From Scyliorhinus canicula (Eukaryota): a stretch of 64,000 bases of DNA. The stretch lies in contig NW_024055744.1 in NCBI RefSeq assembly GCF_902713615.1, forward strand, positions 2,461,936-2,525,935, written 5' to 3'. A model generated the notes under the pieces. That model had not been told where the DNA came from, did no database searches, and saw nothing but the letters and a program-made list of their open reading frames with translations. The position numbers were made by a program, and so were the translations under genes. Positions 51,211 through 64,000 of this stretch are shown here, in pieces; position 1 is the first letter of the stretch; every line of letters begins with the position of its first letter.

Positions 51211-51389
51211 TCTTTACAGACGGTGGTGGCCTGGGGTTGGAAGCTCCTGCTTGGTGACTTGCCTCATTTCAGTGACAAATGTTGAAACGTTTTCTCCAGA
51301 CCGTCAGGGTGTCATCTGTTTAAAGCCACAAACAGAAAGGTCCAGTTTTCTCTTGGAGTTTGAGACAAATCAGCTTCAAAATGATGCAG

Positions 51390-52030
51390 AGTGTCAGCCA
51401 ATGAGAGAGATCCGGGCTCAGCCCCGCCCCTCATTCACTCTGATTGGTTGGAGGGTCAGCCGCTCCTGCTCAGTCCTCCAGATTCTTCCCATTGGTCCGG
51501 AGCTGCCGTCAATCACTTACCGACATTGTGATCTGGCGCATGGGCAATGCAGTTGCTTGATTTTAGTGCGCAGGTGCAGTTTGGAGCAAGGGTGACGTCG
51601 GCGCTTGTTTGTCCCGGAGAAGCGGAGTCAGCGTCAGGCGGGGGATGGGAGGATTTGGAAACCCTTTGTGGATTGACCAATAAGAGTAGAGGCTGTACTG
51701 GAGGATCGACCGAGAGCGGCTGGTCCTCGAACCAATCGGAGTGAATGAGGGGCGGGGCCGGGCTGTGATTGAAGCATGCGCAGTGTGGGTAATGGTGATG
51801 GACAGCGGCTCCCAGTTCAGATTGACGGGGCGGAGGGAGCGAAGAAGCCGCGCGGTGGGCGGAAACGCTCCGTGAACATGTTGTGTGAGCCGCAAATCCG
51901 GGAAAAGAGGTTACCGGACCCAATTTGTACCGAGCGGAGTTGCAGCTCCTCATGTTCGGTCTGGGCGAACGGCGGGGTGTAGCGCACCAGGGTGCACGCG
52001 GAGCCACCATCTTTGTAGGGGGTGCTATCC
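51390..52030. promoter_or_regulatory. Back-to-back promoter modules in a CpG island
   Basis: Inverted module at 51395-51555, forward module at 51675-51790, TGACGTC between them; the downstream part is homologous to 23860-24060. Confidence 0.7.
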
Positions 52031-52150
52031 ACAATGCTACCGTGCTGCCCCTTTTGGGATGTTTTTTAGAAGGAGACTGTTTTGGGAGGAGCCAAAAAGA
52101 AAATGCTGGAAACTCTCAGCAGGTCTGGCAGCATCTGTAGGGAGAGAAGA

Positions 52151-52470
52151 GGGCAGCACCGTAGCACAAGTGGATAGCACTGTGGCTTCACAACACCAGG
52201 ATCCCAGATTTGATTCCCGGCTTGAGTCACTGTCTGTTTGGAGTCTGCACGTTCTCCCCGTATCTGTGTGGGTTTCCTCCGGCTGCTCCGGTTTCCTCCC
52301 ACAGTCCAAAGACGCGCAGGTTAGGTGGATTGGCCATGATAAATTGCCCTTAGTGACCAAAAAGGTTCGGAGGGGTTATTGGGTTACGGGAATAGGGTAG
52401 AAGTGAGGGTTTAAGTGGGTCGGTGCAGACTCGATGGGCTGAGTGGCATCCTCCTGAACTGTATGTTCTA
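52151..52470 (+). mobile_element. HE1-like SINE
   Basis: Full-length copy inside an inverted-repeat element spanning about 52090-52868. Confidence 0.8.
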
Positions 52471-52497
52471 AACAAGCTAACGTTTTGAGTGGTCATC

Positions 52498-52748
52498 TGT
52501 TTTAAGTAATGGGTTAAGAGACATTGCAATTAGCTGTCTCATTTATGTTAAGTGTTCAATGATTGTCTCATTTATGTTAAGTGTTCAGTGATTGACACTG
52601 ATATGTAAAGGGGCTTTAGGTGGACTCTGGAGCCTGTGATGATCTGTAGAGTTCTGTGCAGAGTGAGTTTGAACCATTAAAGGTATGTTGGTGAAAAAGG
52701 AGCTGAACTCTTGTCTCTTCATACAACAGCATCTAGTACATGCTAACA
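52498..52748 (+). mobile_element. Probable small solo LTR
   Basis: TGTT...AACA termini, atc(t) duplicated at the flanks, internal tandem duplication of about 30 bp, ATTAAA. Confidence 0.55.
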
Positions 52749-52896
52749 ATCTGGACTCAAAACGTCAGCTCTTTTCTCTCCCTACAGATGCTGCCAGATA
52801 TGCTGAGATCTTCCACCATTTTCTTTTTGGTTTCAGATTCCAGCACCCACAGTAATTTGCTTTTATCCAATGGTTTGGGAAGAGTTTGTTACCCAA

Positions 52897-55471
52897 CATA
52901 GAACATAGAACATAGAACGATACAGCGCAGTACAGGCCCTTCGGCCCTCGATGTTGCACCGACATGGAAAAAAATCTAAAGGCCATCTAACCTACACTAT
53001 GCCCTTATCATCCATATGCTTATCCAATAAATTTTTAAATGCCCTCAATGTTGGCGAGTTCACTACTGTTGCAGGTAGGGCATTCCACGGCCTCACCACT
53101 CTTTGCGTAAAAAACCCACCTCTGACCTCTGTCCTATATCTATTACCCCTCAATTTAAGGCTATGTCCCCTCGTGCTAGCCACCTCCATCCGCGGGAGAA
53201 GGCTCTCGCTGTCCACCCTATCTAACCCTCTGATCATTTTGTATGCCTCTATTAAGTCACCTCTTAACCTTCTTCTCTCTAACGAAAACAACCTCAAGTC
53301 CATCAGCCTTTCCTCATAAGATTTTCCCTCCATACCAGGCAACATCCTGGTAAATCTCCTCTGCACCCGTTCCAAAGCTTCCACGTCCTTCCTATAATGA
53401 GGCGACCAGAACTGTACGCAATACTCCAAATGCGGCCGTACTAGAGTTTTGTACAACTGCAACATGACCTCATGGCTCCGGAACTCAATCCCTCTACCAA
53501 TAAAGGCCAACACACCATAGGCCTTCTTCACAACCCTACCAACCTGGGTGGCAACTTTCAGGGATCTATGTACATGGACACCGAGATCCCTCTGCTCATC
53601 CACACTGCCAAGAATTTTACCATTAGCCAAATATTCCACATTTCTGTTATTCTTTCCAAAGTGAATCACCTCACACTTCTCCACATTAAACTCCATTTGC
53701 CACCTCTCAGCCCAGCTCTGCAGCTTATCTATGTCCCTCTGTAACCTGCAACATCCTTCCGCACTGTCTACAACTCCACCGACTTTAGTGTCGTCTGCAA
53801 ATTTACTCACCCATCCTTCTGCGCCCTCCTCTAGGTCATTTATAAAAATGACAAACAGCAACGGCCCCAGAACAGATCCTTGTGGTACGCCACTCGTAAC
53901 TGAACTCCATTCTGAACATTTCCCATCAACTACCACTCTCTGTCTTCTTTCAACTAGCCAATTTCTGATCCACATCTCTAAATCACCCTCAATCCCCAGC
54001 CTTCGTATTTTTTGCAATAGCCGACCGTGGGGAACCTTATCAAACGCTTTACTGAAATCCATATACACCACATCAACTGCTCTACCCTCGTCTACCTGTT
54101 CAGTCACCTTCTCAAAGAACTCGATAAGGTTTGTGAGGCATGACCTACCCTTCACAAAACCATGCTGACTGTCCCTAATCATATTATTCCTATCTAGATG
54201 ATTATAAATCGTATCTTTTATAATCCTCTCCAAGACTTTACCCACCACAGACGTTAGGCTCACCGGCCTATAGTTACCGGGGTTATCTCTACTCCCCTTC
54301 TTGAACAAAGGGACCACATTTGCTATCCTCCAGTCCTCTGGCACTATTCCTGTAGCCAATGATGACCTAAAAATCAAAGCCAAAGGCTCAGCAATCTCTT
54401 CCCTGGCTTCCCAGAGAATCCTAGGATAAATCCCATCCGGCCCCGGGGACTTATCTATTTTCACCTTGTCCAGAATTGCCAACACTTCTTCCCTACGCAC
54501 CTCAATGCCATCTATTCTAATAGCCTGGGTCTCAGCATTCTCCTCCACAATATTATCTTTTTCTTGAGTGAATACTGACGAAAAGTATTCATTTAGTATC
54601 TCGCTTATCTCCTCAGCCTCCACACACAACTTCCCACCACTGTCCTTGACTGGCCCTACTCTTACCCTAGTCATTCTTTTATTCCTGACATACCTATAGA
54701 AAGCTTTTGGGTTTTCCTTGATCCTACCTGCCAAAGACTTCTCATGTCCCCTCCTTGCTCGTCTCAGCTCTCTCTTTAGATCCTTCCTCGCTTCCTTGTA
54801 ACTATCAAGCGCCCCAACTGAAACTTCATGCCTCATCTTCACATAGGCCTCCTTCTTCCTCTTAACAAGAGATTCCACTTCTTTGGTAAACCACGGTTCC
54901 CTCGCTCGACCCCTTCCTCCCTGCCTGACTGGTACGTACTTATCAAGAACATGCAATAGCTGTTCCTTGAACAAGCTCCACATATCCAGTGTGCCCAACC
55001 CTTGCAGCCTACTTCTCCAACCAACACATCCTAAGTCATGTCTAATGGCATCATAATTGCCCTTCCCCCAGCTATAACTCTTGCCCTGCGGGGTATACTT
55101 ATCCCTTTCCATCACTAACGTAAAGGTCACCGAATTGTGGTCACTGTTTCCAAAGTGCTCACCTACCTCCAGATCTAACACCTGGCCTGGTTCATTACCC
55201 AAAACCAAATCCAATGTGGCCTCGCCTCTTGTTGGCCTGTCAACATATTGTGTCAGGAAACCCTCCTGCACACATTGTACAAAGAATGACCCATCTAATG
55301 TACTCGAACTATATCTTTTCCAGTCAATATTTGGAAAGTTAAAGTCTCCCATAACAACTACCCTGTTACTTTCGCTCTTTTCCAGAATCATCTTCGCCAT
55401 CCTTTCCTCTACATCCCTAGAACTATTAGGTGGCCTATAGAAAACTCCCAACAGGGTGACCTCTCCTTTCC
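52897..55471 (-). mobile_element. Young 5'-truncated CR1 with uninterrupted ORF2 remainder, TSD tacccaa
   Basis: tacccaa at 52890-52896 and 55472-55478; nearly identical to 7466-10015; open frame from mid-endonuclease to the stop at 52992. Confidence 0.95.
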
Positions 55472-55484
55472 TACCCAAGACAAC

Positions 55485-56160
55485 CATCAAACCTTTGAGT
55501 CCCAATGTCTTATTGTTGAGGCAGAGATGGAAAAGAAGAGAAAGACATTCTGCTTTTCAGTTCTCACTACCTCTTGGAACATCCTCCTCCATGTGTCTAA
55601 AGATCTACGACCATGCCCAGTCATATCAAGAACCACCTCAGAAACTCACAACCTTGAGTAAAGGCCATCCTGAAATTGAGGTATGGCTGATGACAATGAG
55701 GGTAAAGTGCAGCAGGGAGTATGAGCTGTCATCCTGGCCCAGGGAGCAGGAGGGGAGAATGTAATGAATTTCTATCCTGGACTGACAAGGATGAATTTTG
55801 AAAACTCCTTTTACAGGTGGTTAGAAAGGGAGGATTTACACAAAGCAAACTCAAACCAGCAATAGGTTTATTTTTTTCCTGAATTTCGATTTTGGACTGA
55901 CAGATGGCTTTTGTTACTTTCATTTTCAGGGTATTAGAAAAGGATTTGCAGGCAGGAAACATAAAGAAAACCTGACATCAAACTCTGACAGCATCACTCG
56001 ATTCATCAGGTCCTGGATATTATCGCACTTTCAGTGTAAGAATTGAGTTCCAAGACATTACCACTCACTGTAAAATGTCTTCCTCATATCGCCCTGTAGA
56101 TCTTGCTCCAAATCTTAAATCTGTGTCCTGAAATCCTTTTTACAATCAGCTAGTAGGAGC
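55485..56160 (+). other. ZNF cassette 5' region of ZNF-F (RTE relic, doubled acceptor)
   Basis: Acceptors at 55816 and 55929; colinear with 24180-24870. Confidence 0.6.
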
Positions 56161-57000
56161 AACGTTACTTTAGCTACTTTACTGAGACCAATCAGAAACT
56201 TGAACACCTCTATCATTCTCCTTTGCTCCAAGAAGAACAACTGCAGTTTCTCCAACCTAACATTGCAACTAAAATCCCTCATTCCTGGAACTAATCTGGT
56301 AAGTCTCCCCTGCACTCTCTCAAGGACCATCACATCCTCCATAATGTGTGGTGATCACTGGTTTGCACAGATCCAGATGTTCAGTCTTCCTGTCTGTGAT
56401 GTCATCAGGCACCTCCAGTTGCGTGACGACATCATCCCCGTTCTCAACTGGGAGATTTTTCCTCCGACTCTAGAGCTTCTGATATCTTTCCAGCTGCAGG
56501 CGACAGTGGGAGATTTTAATATGGAAAACAGTGAAACTGCTTCACAGCTAAGTATGTCTGAGCATTTATCAATACCTTTGAGCTTTTAGTGCTCTGCTCT
56601 GTTACCTGTGAGGGGTTCCATGTCTCTGGGGCTGGTGTGACCCTTGGAAAACAATGCAAAACTCCGTGGGGAGAGGGACAACCACCTGTCGACATATAAA
56701 ATCCCTTCTCTCTCTTTCTCTCGCTCTCCCCCTCCCCCACCCCCCTCTGGAAAACCAAGATTCACGTTAAAATCTGGCAGTGACTTAGTTCATCGAGACC
56801 TGAATGTAAGTATTTATGTTTGATCTGCGGTTCAAGAATTAAACACCTGTGTAGCTGGAAATAGCGAAGAGCAAGATTTGCAAACAAGGATGTGAATGTT
56901 CCATTAAAATGTTGCTTAGCCGAGTCCCAATGTAGGTCAGTGAGCATAGGGGTGATGAGTGAGTGAGTGGGACTCCAGTTTGGCAGCTTCCCTTCCCTGA

Positions 57001-58280
<1,280 letters not shown>

Positions 58281-58516
58281 ATTGGATTTTGTTGGGAATG
58301 ACATTCATGTCTAAACCATATTCATTGGAGTCTGTTTTGCTGATGTTGATAAACTTCAGCTAAGTTATATATTCTGGATAAAAATCAAACATCTGTTTTG
58401 TGTTAAATGTAGTCTGTTAAGTTTTTTTATGATGTGGAGATGCCGGCGTTGGACTGGGGTGAGCACAGTAAGAAGTCTTACAACACCAGGTTAAAGTCCA
58501 ACAGGTTTGATTCAAA

Positions 58517-58551
58517 CACGAGCTTTCGGAGCGCAGCTCCTTCCTCAGGTG
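58517..58551 (-). ncRNA. Minimal hammerhead ribozyme motif
   Basis: CAC CUGAGGA A GGAGC UGC GCUCC GAA AGCU C GUG. Confidence 0.7.
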
Positions 58552-58576
58552 AATGAGGAATTCACCTCATTCCATT

Positions 58577-58611
58577 CACCTGAGGAAGGAGCTGTGCTCC
58601 GAAAGCTCGTG
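58577..58611 (+). ncRNA. Minimal hammerhead ribozyme motif
   Basis: CAC CUGAGGA A GGAGC UGU GCUCC GAA AGCU C GUG: CUGANGA and GAAA core, stem II, palindromic AGCU in place of stem III, CAC/GUG stem I. Confidence 0.72.
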
Positions 58612-58932
58612 TTTGAATCAAACCTGTTGGACTTTAACCTGGTGTTGTAAGAGTTTCTTTGAAGGCCTCCCTCAAGCTGTCTGCCGTCTCCACCTCTCAG
58701 CACTGATTAAAGATACTTGTTAAAATCTCCCTCTCCATTCAAGATTGTATCCATTTAATGAAATGAAAATCGCTTATTGTCACGAGTAGGCTTCAATGAA
58801 GTTACTGTGAAAAGCCCCTAGTCGCCACATTCCGGCGCCTGTCCGGGGAGGCTGGTACGGGAATTGAACCGTGCTGCTTGGCCAGCCGTGGTCTGTTTTA
58901 AAAGCCAGCAATTTATCCCTGTGTGCTAACCT

Positions 58933-60228
58933 GATTTTCAGGAGTTAAATTTAGGTTTCCAGGATCTTCTTTTCCACTCTGACACCTTTATTAAGTGATG
59001 TAGTCACGTAATCACATTACCGTCTGTATTTGTGTTGAGTATTTTTTGAGTTTACTTATTTTTGTGGATAAGATAGCACAAATACTAAAGACTGTACATA
59101 TTAAATCTTTTAAATTGGAATCTGTAAATAAGATGTTTTTGTTAATTTATTTAAAAAGGAAAACCCCCTTACTCCATTTCCAAAATGAGAATTCGAACTA
59201 TTTGACTCAAGGTAACTGAACAGGTGCCGAGTGTTTATTGGATCAGACGGTGGAGCAGGAAAAACTCACCCGATTCTGATCTTCATTGTGTGGATTTACA
59301 TTCAAAACCCATCGATAACCTCACTACACCCACTGAGATCAGCTACTCTTCCTTTGGATGATCTCATGATAGAACTTTTGTGGTCCTTTTGAGGATGAAA
59401 TCATGCTTCACACCTGGTTCTGAAATACTATCACTCTGGGTGTAAGGTATTCCTGGGATAAAACATAGTTCTACATCTTGTCACCTAACACAAATTCATA
59501 TCGTCACCCGAGTCCCAGATTTAAATGTGATTGTCCAGTCCAGAAAACATATAGAAATTGACCCCGTTAAATCTGATTCAACAAGCTACAAGAGATAGTT
59601 TGTGTTGTTCACAATGATGACAGTATCAACCTTCTCCCTAACCTAGCCTAACCCTTCTGCTGACCAGGGAGACTCCTTGTTCAGATGGTGACATTTCCTG
59701 TCTGCCCAGTTAGAGAATCATAGAATTTACAGTGCAGAAGGGAGACCATTTGGTCCATTGCGTCTGTACTGGCCCTTGGAAAGAGCACTCTACTTAAGCC
59801 CACACTTCCACCCCATCCCAGTAACGCCACCTCCCCGGGGAGGCTGCTCCCTAAGAGTCTGCTGCCCTTGTCTTTCACCTGAGGAAGGAGCAGTGCTGCA
59901 AAAGCTAGTGATTTGAATCAAACCTGTTGGACTTTAACCTGGTGTTGTAAGAGTTTCTTTGAAGGCCTCCCTCAAGCTGTCTGCCGTCTCCACCTCTCAG
60001 CACTGATTAAAGATACTTGTTAAAATCTCCCTCTCCATTCAAGATTGTATCCATTTAATGAAATGAAAATCGCTTATTGTCACGAGTAGGCTTCAATGAA
60101 GTTACTGTGAAAAGCCCCTAGTCGCCACATTCCGGCGCCTGTCCGGGGAGGCTGGTACGGGAATCGAACCGTGCTGCTGGCCTGCTTTAAAAGCCAGCGA
60201 TTTAGCTGAGTGAGCTAAACCAGCCCCT
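58933..60228 (+). repeat. Local segmental duplication, copy 2 (mosaic)
   Basis: 58933-59830 matches 49565-50470; 59844-59950 matches 51060-51168; 59912-60180 matches 58612-58880. Confidence 0.9.
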
Positions 60229-60559
60229 ATGGGCAGCACGGTGGCACAGCGGTTAGCACTCTGCCTCAGAGCGCCAAGGTCCCAAGCTCGATCCTGGCTC
60301 TGGGTCTCTGTCCGTGTGGAGTCTGTACACTCCCTCTGTCTTTGCATTGGTTTTGCCCCCACACCCCAAAGATGTGCAGGGTCAGTGGATTTGCCACGTT
60401 GAATTGCTCCTTATTTGGAAAAAAATTAATTGGGTACACTAAATTTATATATATATAAAAAGATTTTGTCCATTTACCCTAATAACAGCCGACGTGACTC
60501 AATGTCATTTTCTTCTTTCTGATACTTCGGAAGCACCGAGGGATGTTTTATTACATTAA

Positions 60560-61375
60560 GACCATAATAGAAGGAGAAGAATAAGGCCATTCAGCCTATC
60601 CAGTCTCCTCTGCTATTCAATCATGGCTGATCTTTTTCTCATCCCCAGTCTCCTGCCTTTTCCCCATAACCCCTGATCCCCTTATTAATCAGGAACCTAT
60701 CTATCTCTGTCTTAAAGTCACTCAGTGACTTGGCCTCCACAGCCTTCTGCGGCAAAGAGTTCCACAGATTCACTCCCCTCTGGCTGAAGAAATTCCTCCT
60801 CATCTCTTTTAAAGGATCGTCCCTTCAGTCTGAGGCAGTCATCTCTGGATCTAGTTTCTCCTACTAGTGGAAACACCCTCTCCACGTACACTCTTTCTCG
60901 GCTGCTCAGTATTCTGTAAGACTCATCCTTCTAAACTCCATCGAGTACAGACCCCGAATCCTCAACTGCTCCTTATGTGACAAGTTCTTCATTCCAGGGA
61001 TCATTCCTGTGAACCTCCTCTGGACCCATTCGAAGGCCAGCACTTCCTTCTTTAGATATGGGGCCAGAACTGCTCACAATATTCTAAATGGGGTCTGACC
61101 AGAGCCATATACAGCCTCAACATTACATCCCTGCTCTTGTATTCGAGCTCTCTCGACATGCGTGCTAACATTGCATTTGCCTTCCTCACTGCCAAGTGAA
61201 CCTGCATGTTAACCTAGAGAATCCTGAACTAGACCTTCAAACTCCCTTTGCGCTTCTGATTTCGAAGCCTTTGTAGAAAATAGTTTATGCCCCTATTCTT
61301 CCTTCCAAAGTGCACAATCTCACACTTTTACACTTCTGCAGCCTCCCTGCTTCCTCAACACTACCTAGCCCTCTG
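60560..61375 (-). mobile_element. Old CR1 3' portion
   Basis: Reverse 3' tail followed by degenerate C-terminal ORF2 sequence. Confidence 0.75.
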
Positions 61376-62492
61376 ATTGGCTAATGAGGAGAATGGGGAT
61401 GAGAAACATATTAGCCACGATTCAATGGCAGAGCAGACCCGATGGGTTAAATGGCCTAATTCTGCTCCTATATCTTATGGTGTGGATGGTGTATCGCCAC
61501 CAATGTTATCTTCCGAAAATGCATCTTTGCTTATTTTCAGCTTCTGAATCCAGGAGTTGGTTTAGCACAGGGCTAAAGAGCTGGCTTTTAAAGCCGACCA
61601 AGGCAGGCCAGCATCACGGTTCAATTCCCATACAAGCCTCTCCGAACAGGCGCCGGAATGTGGCGACCAAGGGCTTTTCACAATATCTTCATTTGAAGCC
61701 TACATGTGACAATAAGCGATTTGCATTTCATTTTTATTTCATTTCAGACTCCTCAACCTGCCTGTACTGCACCACTGAACCCACAATCTGTGACTGAGCG
61801 CTGAGGGTTCTCTTTGTCCTATTATACAATTCTACTCAGTTTCAGTCTTAGATTCCTTGGTAGCTGAGAGTCAGTTTCTTTTCTCTGTTTTCCTTTTCAA
61901 TGAGTGGCTGTCTCTAAAAATACAAGATTCCAAAACACACCTCTTGGCTTGAACCATCACATCAGCACTTGGAGTGAATGACTGGGCTGAGGTCTATCTT
62001 GGATAAAAACACAAGGATCACTTGTCATCACAGAATCCTAAAAGTTTCCAGCACAGAGGAGGCCATTCAGCCCACCATGTTTGTACTGGCTGAGAATGAG
62101 CTATTCCCTAGTCCCTGTAATATGGTGACCAGAACTATACTTCATACTCTAGCTGTGCTAAACTGGTGTTTTTTAGGTCCAGAATAACCACCCTCCCGCC
62201 TCTCATTGACTTCAGTGTGATGGAAATCGACAGTTGGAACCTGCCAACATTTGACAGATATTTACAAATTATTTGCGGGTTTCTTACAATCGGGATTTTT
62301 CTCTGTTCAATTCCCTCAATGTGTTCGATAACAGACTGACTTTCGCCTGTGAATATCCAGCTGGATAATTGGGCCCTGATGAACACATCCTTCTTCAACT
62401 TGTTGACTCTAAATATTGAATCCTGTGGTTTCAGATACCAGATAATATAGAGCTTGGGGCGAAAGGGATCAAAGGATATGAGGGAAAAGCAG

Positions 62493-63002
62493 AGGCGAAA
62501 GAGGCCGGTGTTCTGGCCTTTGCGTCCCTAGTCGCCCGGCGGAGGATCTTGCTCCAATGGAAGGATGCGAGGCCCCCAAGCGTGGAGGCCTGGATCAATG
62601 ATATGGCGGGGTTCATTAAATTGGAGAAGGTGAAATTTGCCCTGAGGGGATCAGTACAAGGGTTCTTTAGGCGGTGGCAGCCTTTCCTAGACTTCCCGGC
62701 GGAACGGTAGGTAAATAGGCCGGCAGCAGCAGCAACCCGGGGGTGGGGGGGGGGGGGGGGGGGGGGTGGTTTGGATCGGTGGGAGGGAGAACTGTGTACA
62801 TGGGTTTGGGGGATGTGGCGGGTGTTATCTCTTTCCCTTTTGTTGTTTGGGTGTTCTTTTGTGTTTTTTTTTCTTTTGTTTGTAGTTGTTTTTGAAGTTA
62901 GGTGGGTGTTGTTCTTGGGGTGTTACCGCGGTTGTTTTGTTAATAGAGTTGAGATGTTTATATTTTGTAAAAATTTCAATAAAAATTATTTTTTTTTAAA
63001 AA
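62493..63002 (+). mobile_element. 5'-truncated L1-clade insertion, 13-bp TSD gagggaaaagcag
   Basis: VLAFASLVARRRILLQWKD..W..EKVKFALRG..FFRRWQPF, G-run, AATAAA; TSD at 62480-62492 and 63003-63015, splitting a CR1 tail. Confidence 0.88.
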
Positions 63003-63199
63003 GAGGGAAAAGCAGGAATCGGTTACTGAATTGGGAGATCAGCCATGATCATCATGAATGAGGCGCAGGCTCGAAGGGCGAAATGGCCACTCCTTCAATT
63101 TTCTATATTTCTATCATCAAGCTCCCAACAACAGATTGTCTTTTGCTGACTTCATTAACAGCTCTGCAATAATACAGAGTACAGTGATCCCATCCGGAG

Positions 63200-63930
63200 A
63201 ACAGGGATAATGTTGGGGTCAACTCCTCATTGTTCGAGTATGTCCAAGCTGACATTAATTACATTGGTTTCTGTGGATCCTATTGTGACTGAGGGTCTGA
63301 TGTGGGACGACATGGACGTCCACATAACTGGCAGTTTATGTTGTTGTTGGTGCTCAGGGGAAACCTTTGTAGCTGTTCCACTTCTGGTCTTTGTCTGGGA
63401 ATGTCAGATGTTATGAGTTTGTTGTTGATGGTCCTTGAAACAAACTGAACCAAATTCAATCTTGCTTCCACATGGACTGGTCGATTGCAGTCTTTTCCCA
63501 GAGAGGTGGTCTGCAGTGCAGACGTTTGTAAGGATCCTATTTTGGATATCCTTGTATCATTTGTACTGACCACTGTGATGTTGTTTGTCCTGAGACAATC
63601 CCCATTGAAGGTCTGCTTGGGGATTTTATAGTCATCCATGTGGGAGACATGACCTGGCTGCCAAGTTCAATGTTCTGGAGGATGGTCTCTATGCTGTTGA
63701 GCCCAGCACAATGGGGAACCTGGTTGTTTTGAGATTTTTCTCCTGCTATTGAATTTTTATGATGGTCCTCAGGAGTCTTTGCTGAAAGAGTTCCAGAGCT
63801 GTAGCTCCTATAGCATCCCCAGGATTCCGCTCCACACAGCAGGGTGGGAAGGGCAGTGGCCTGGGAGATTTTGATTATAGTCCTCAGTTTAACGTCATGC
63901 TGCTTCCCGACTCAAACAGAAATAACGCAG
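63200..63930 (-). mobile_element. RTE-clade LINE 3' relic
   Basis: MDDYKIPKQTF and a terminal CQLCGRPC..SHNRIH zinc motif. Confidence 0.65.
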
Positions 63931-64000
63931 TGGATTCAGAGCTCGATTCCACAGGATATACAGCACAGCAACAGACCATTCAGCCCATCCAGTCCCTGCT

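Larger units (their letters stand above)
58435..58652. mobile_element. Penelope-derived inverted repeat (palindrome)
   Basis: Arms 58476-58555 and 58573-58652 are reverse complements with one mismatch. Confidence 0.8.

Noticed and set aside
52992-55505. 837-aa ORF as a complete autonomous RT gene
   Set aside because: The first residues come from flanking DNA with a non-ATG start, and the N-terminal part of the endonuclease is missing.

Overview
Vertebrate nuclear DNA, most likely from a shark or ray (inferred from HE1-type tRNA SINEs that share a (CATAGAA)n-type 3' tail with CR1 LINEs, plus Tx1, L1, L2, RTE and Penelope relics). The window is a transposon-rich cluster of C2H2 zinc-finger genes. 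Four have open reading frames (13249-14067 -, 29222-29836 +, 44464-45666 +, 48299-49222 +), two are long disrupted copies (18983-20074 -, 57289-58280 +), and several are fragments. No KRAB, SCAN or BTB domain is visible; each protein is almost purely a finger array. The genes come from one duplicated cassette: a CCAAT/GC-box/GCGCATGCGC CpG promoter module, a stereotyped splice acceptor, a 5' leader made of decayed fingers carrying the same UGA stops in several paralogs, a start codon created inside a finger linker (MEKPWKC), a near-invariant first finger, variable later fingers and a shared 3' UTR start. Other notable elements: a near-perfect 177-bp palindrome with two minimal Penelope-type hammerhead ribozymes (58476-58652), a 1.6-kb TG...CA solo LTR with a 4-bp TSD, a hAT MITE rich in NRF1-like motifs, a tRNA-Lys(CTT)-like gene, a 44-bp repeat with X-box-like motifs, two near-identical young CR1 copies, and local mosaic duplications. 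All calls were made by eye without database searches, and repeat boundaries are approximate unless a TSD is given.
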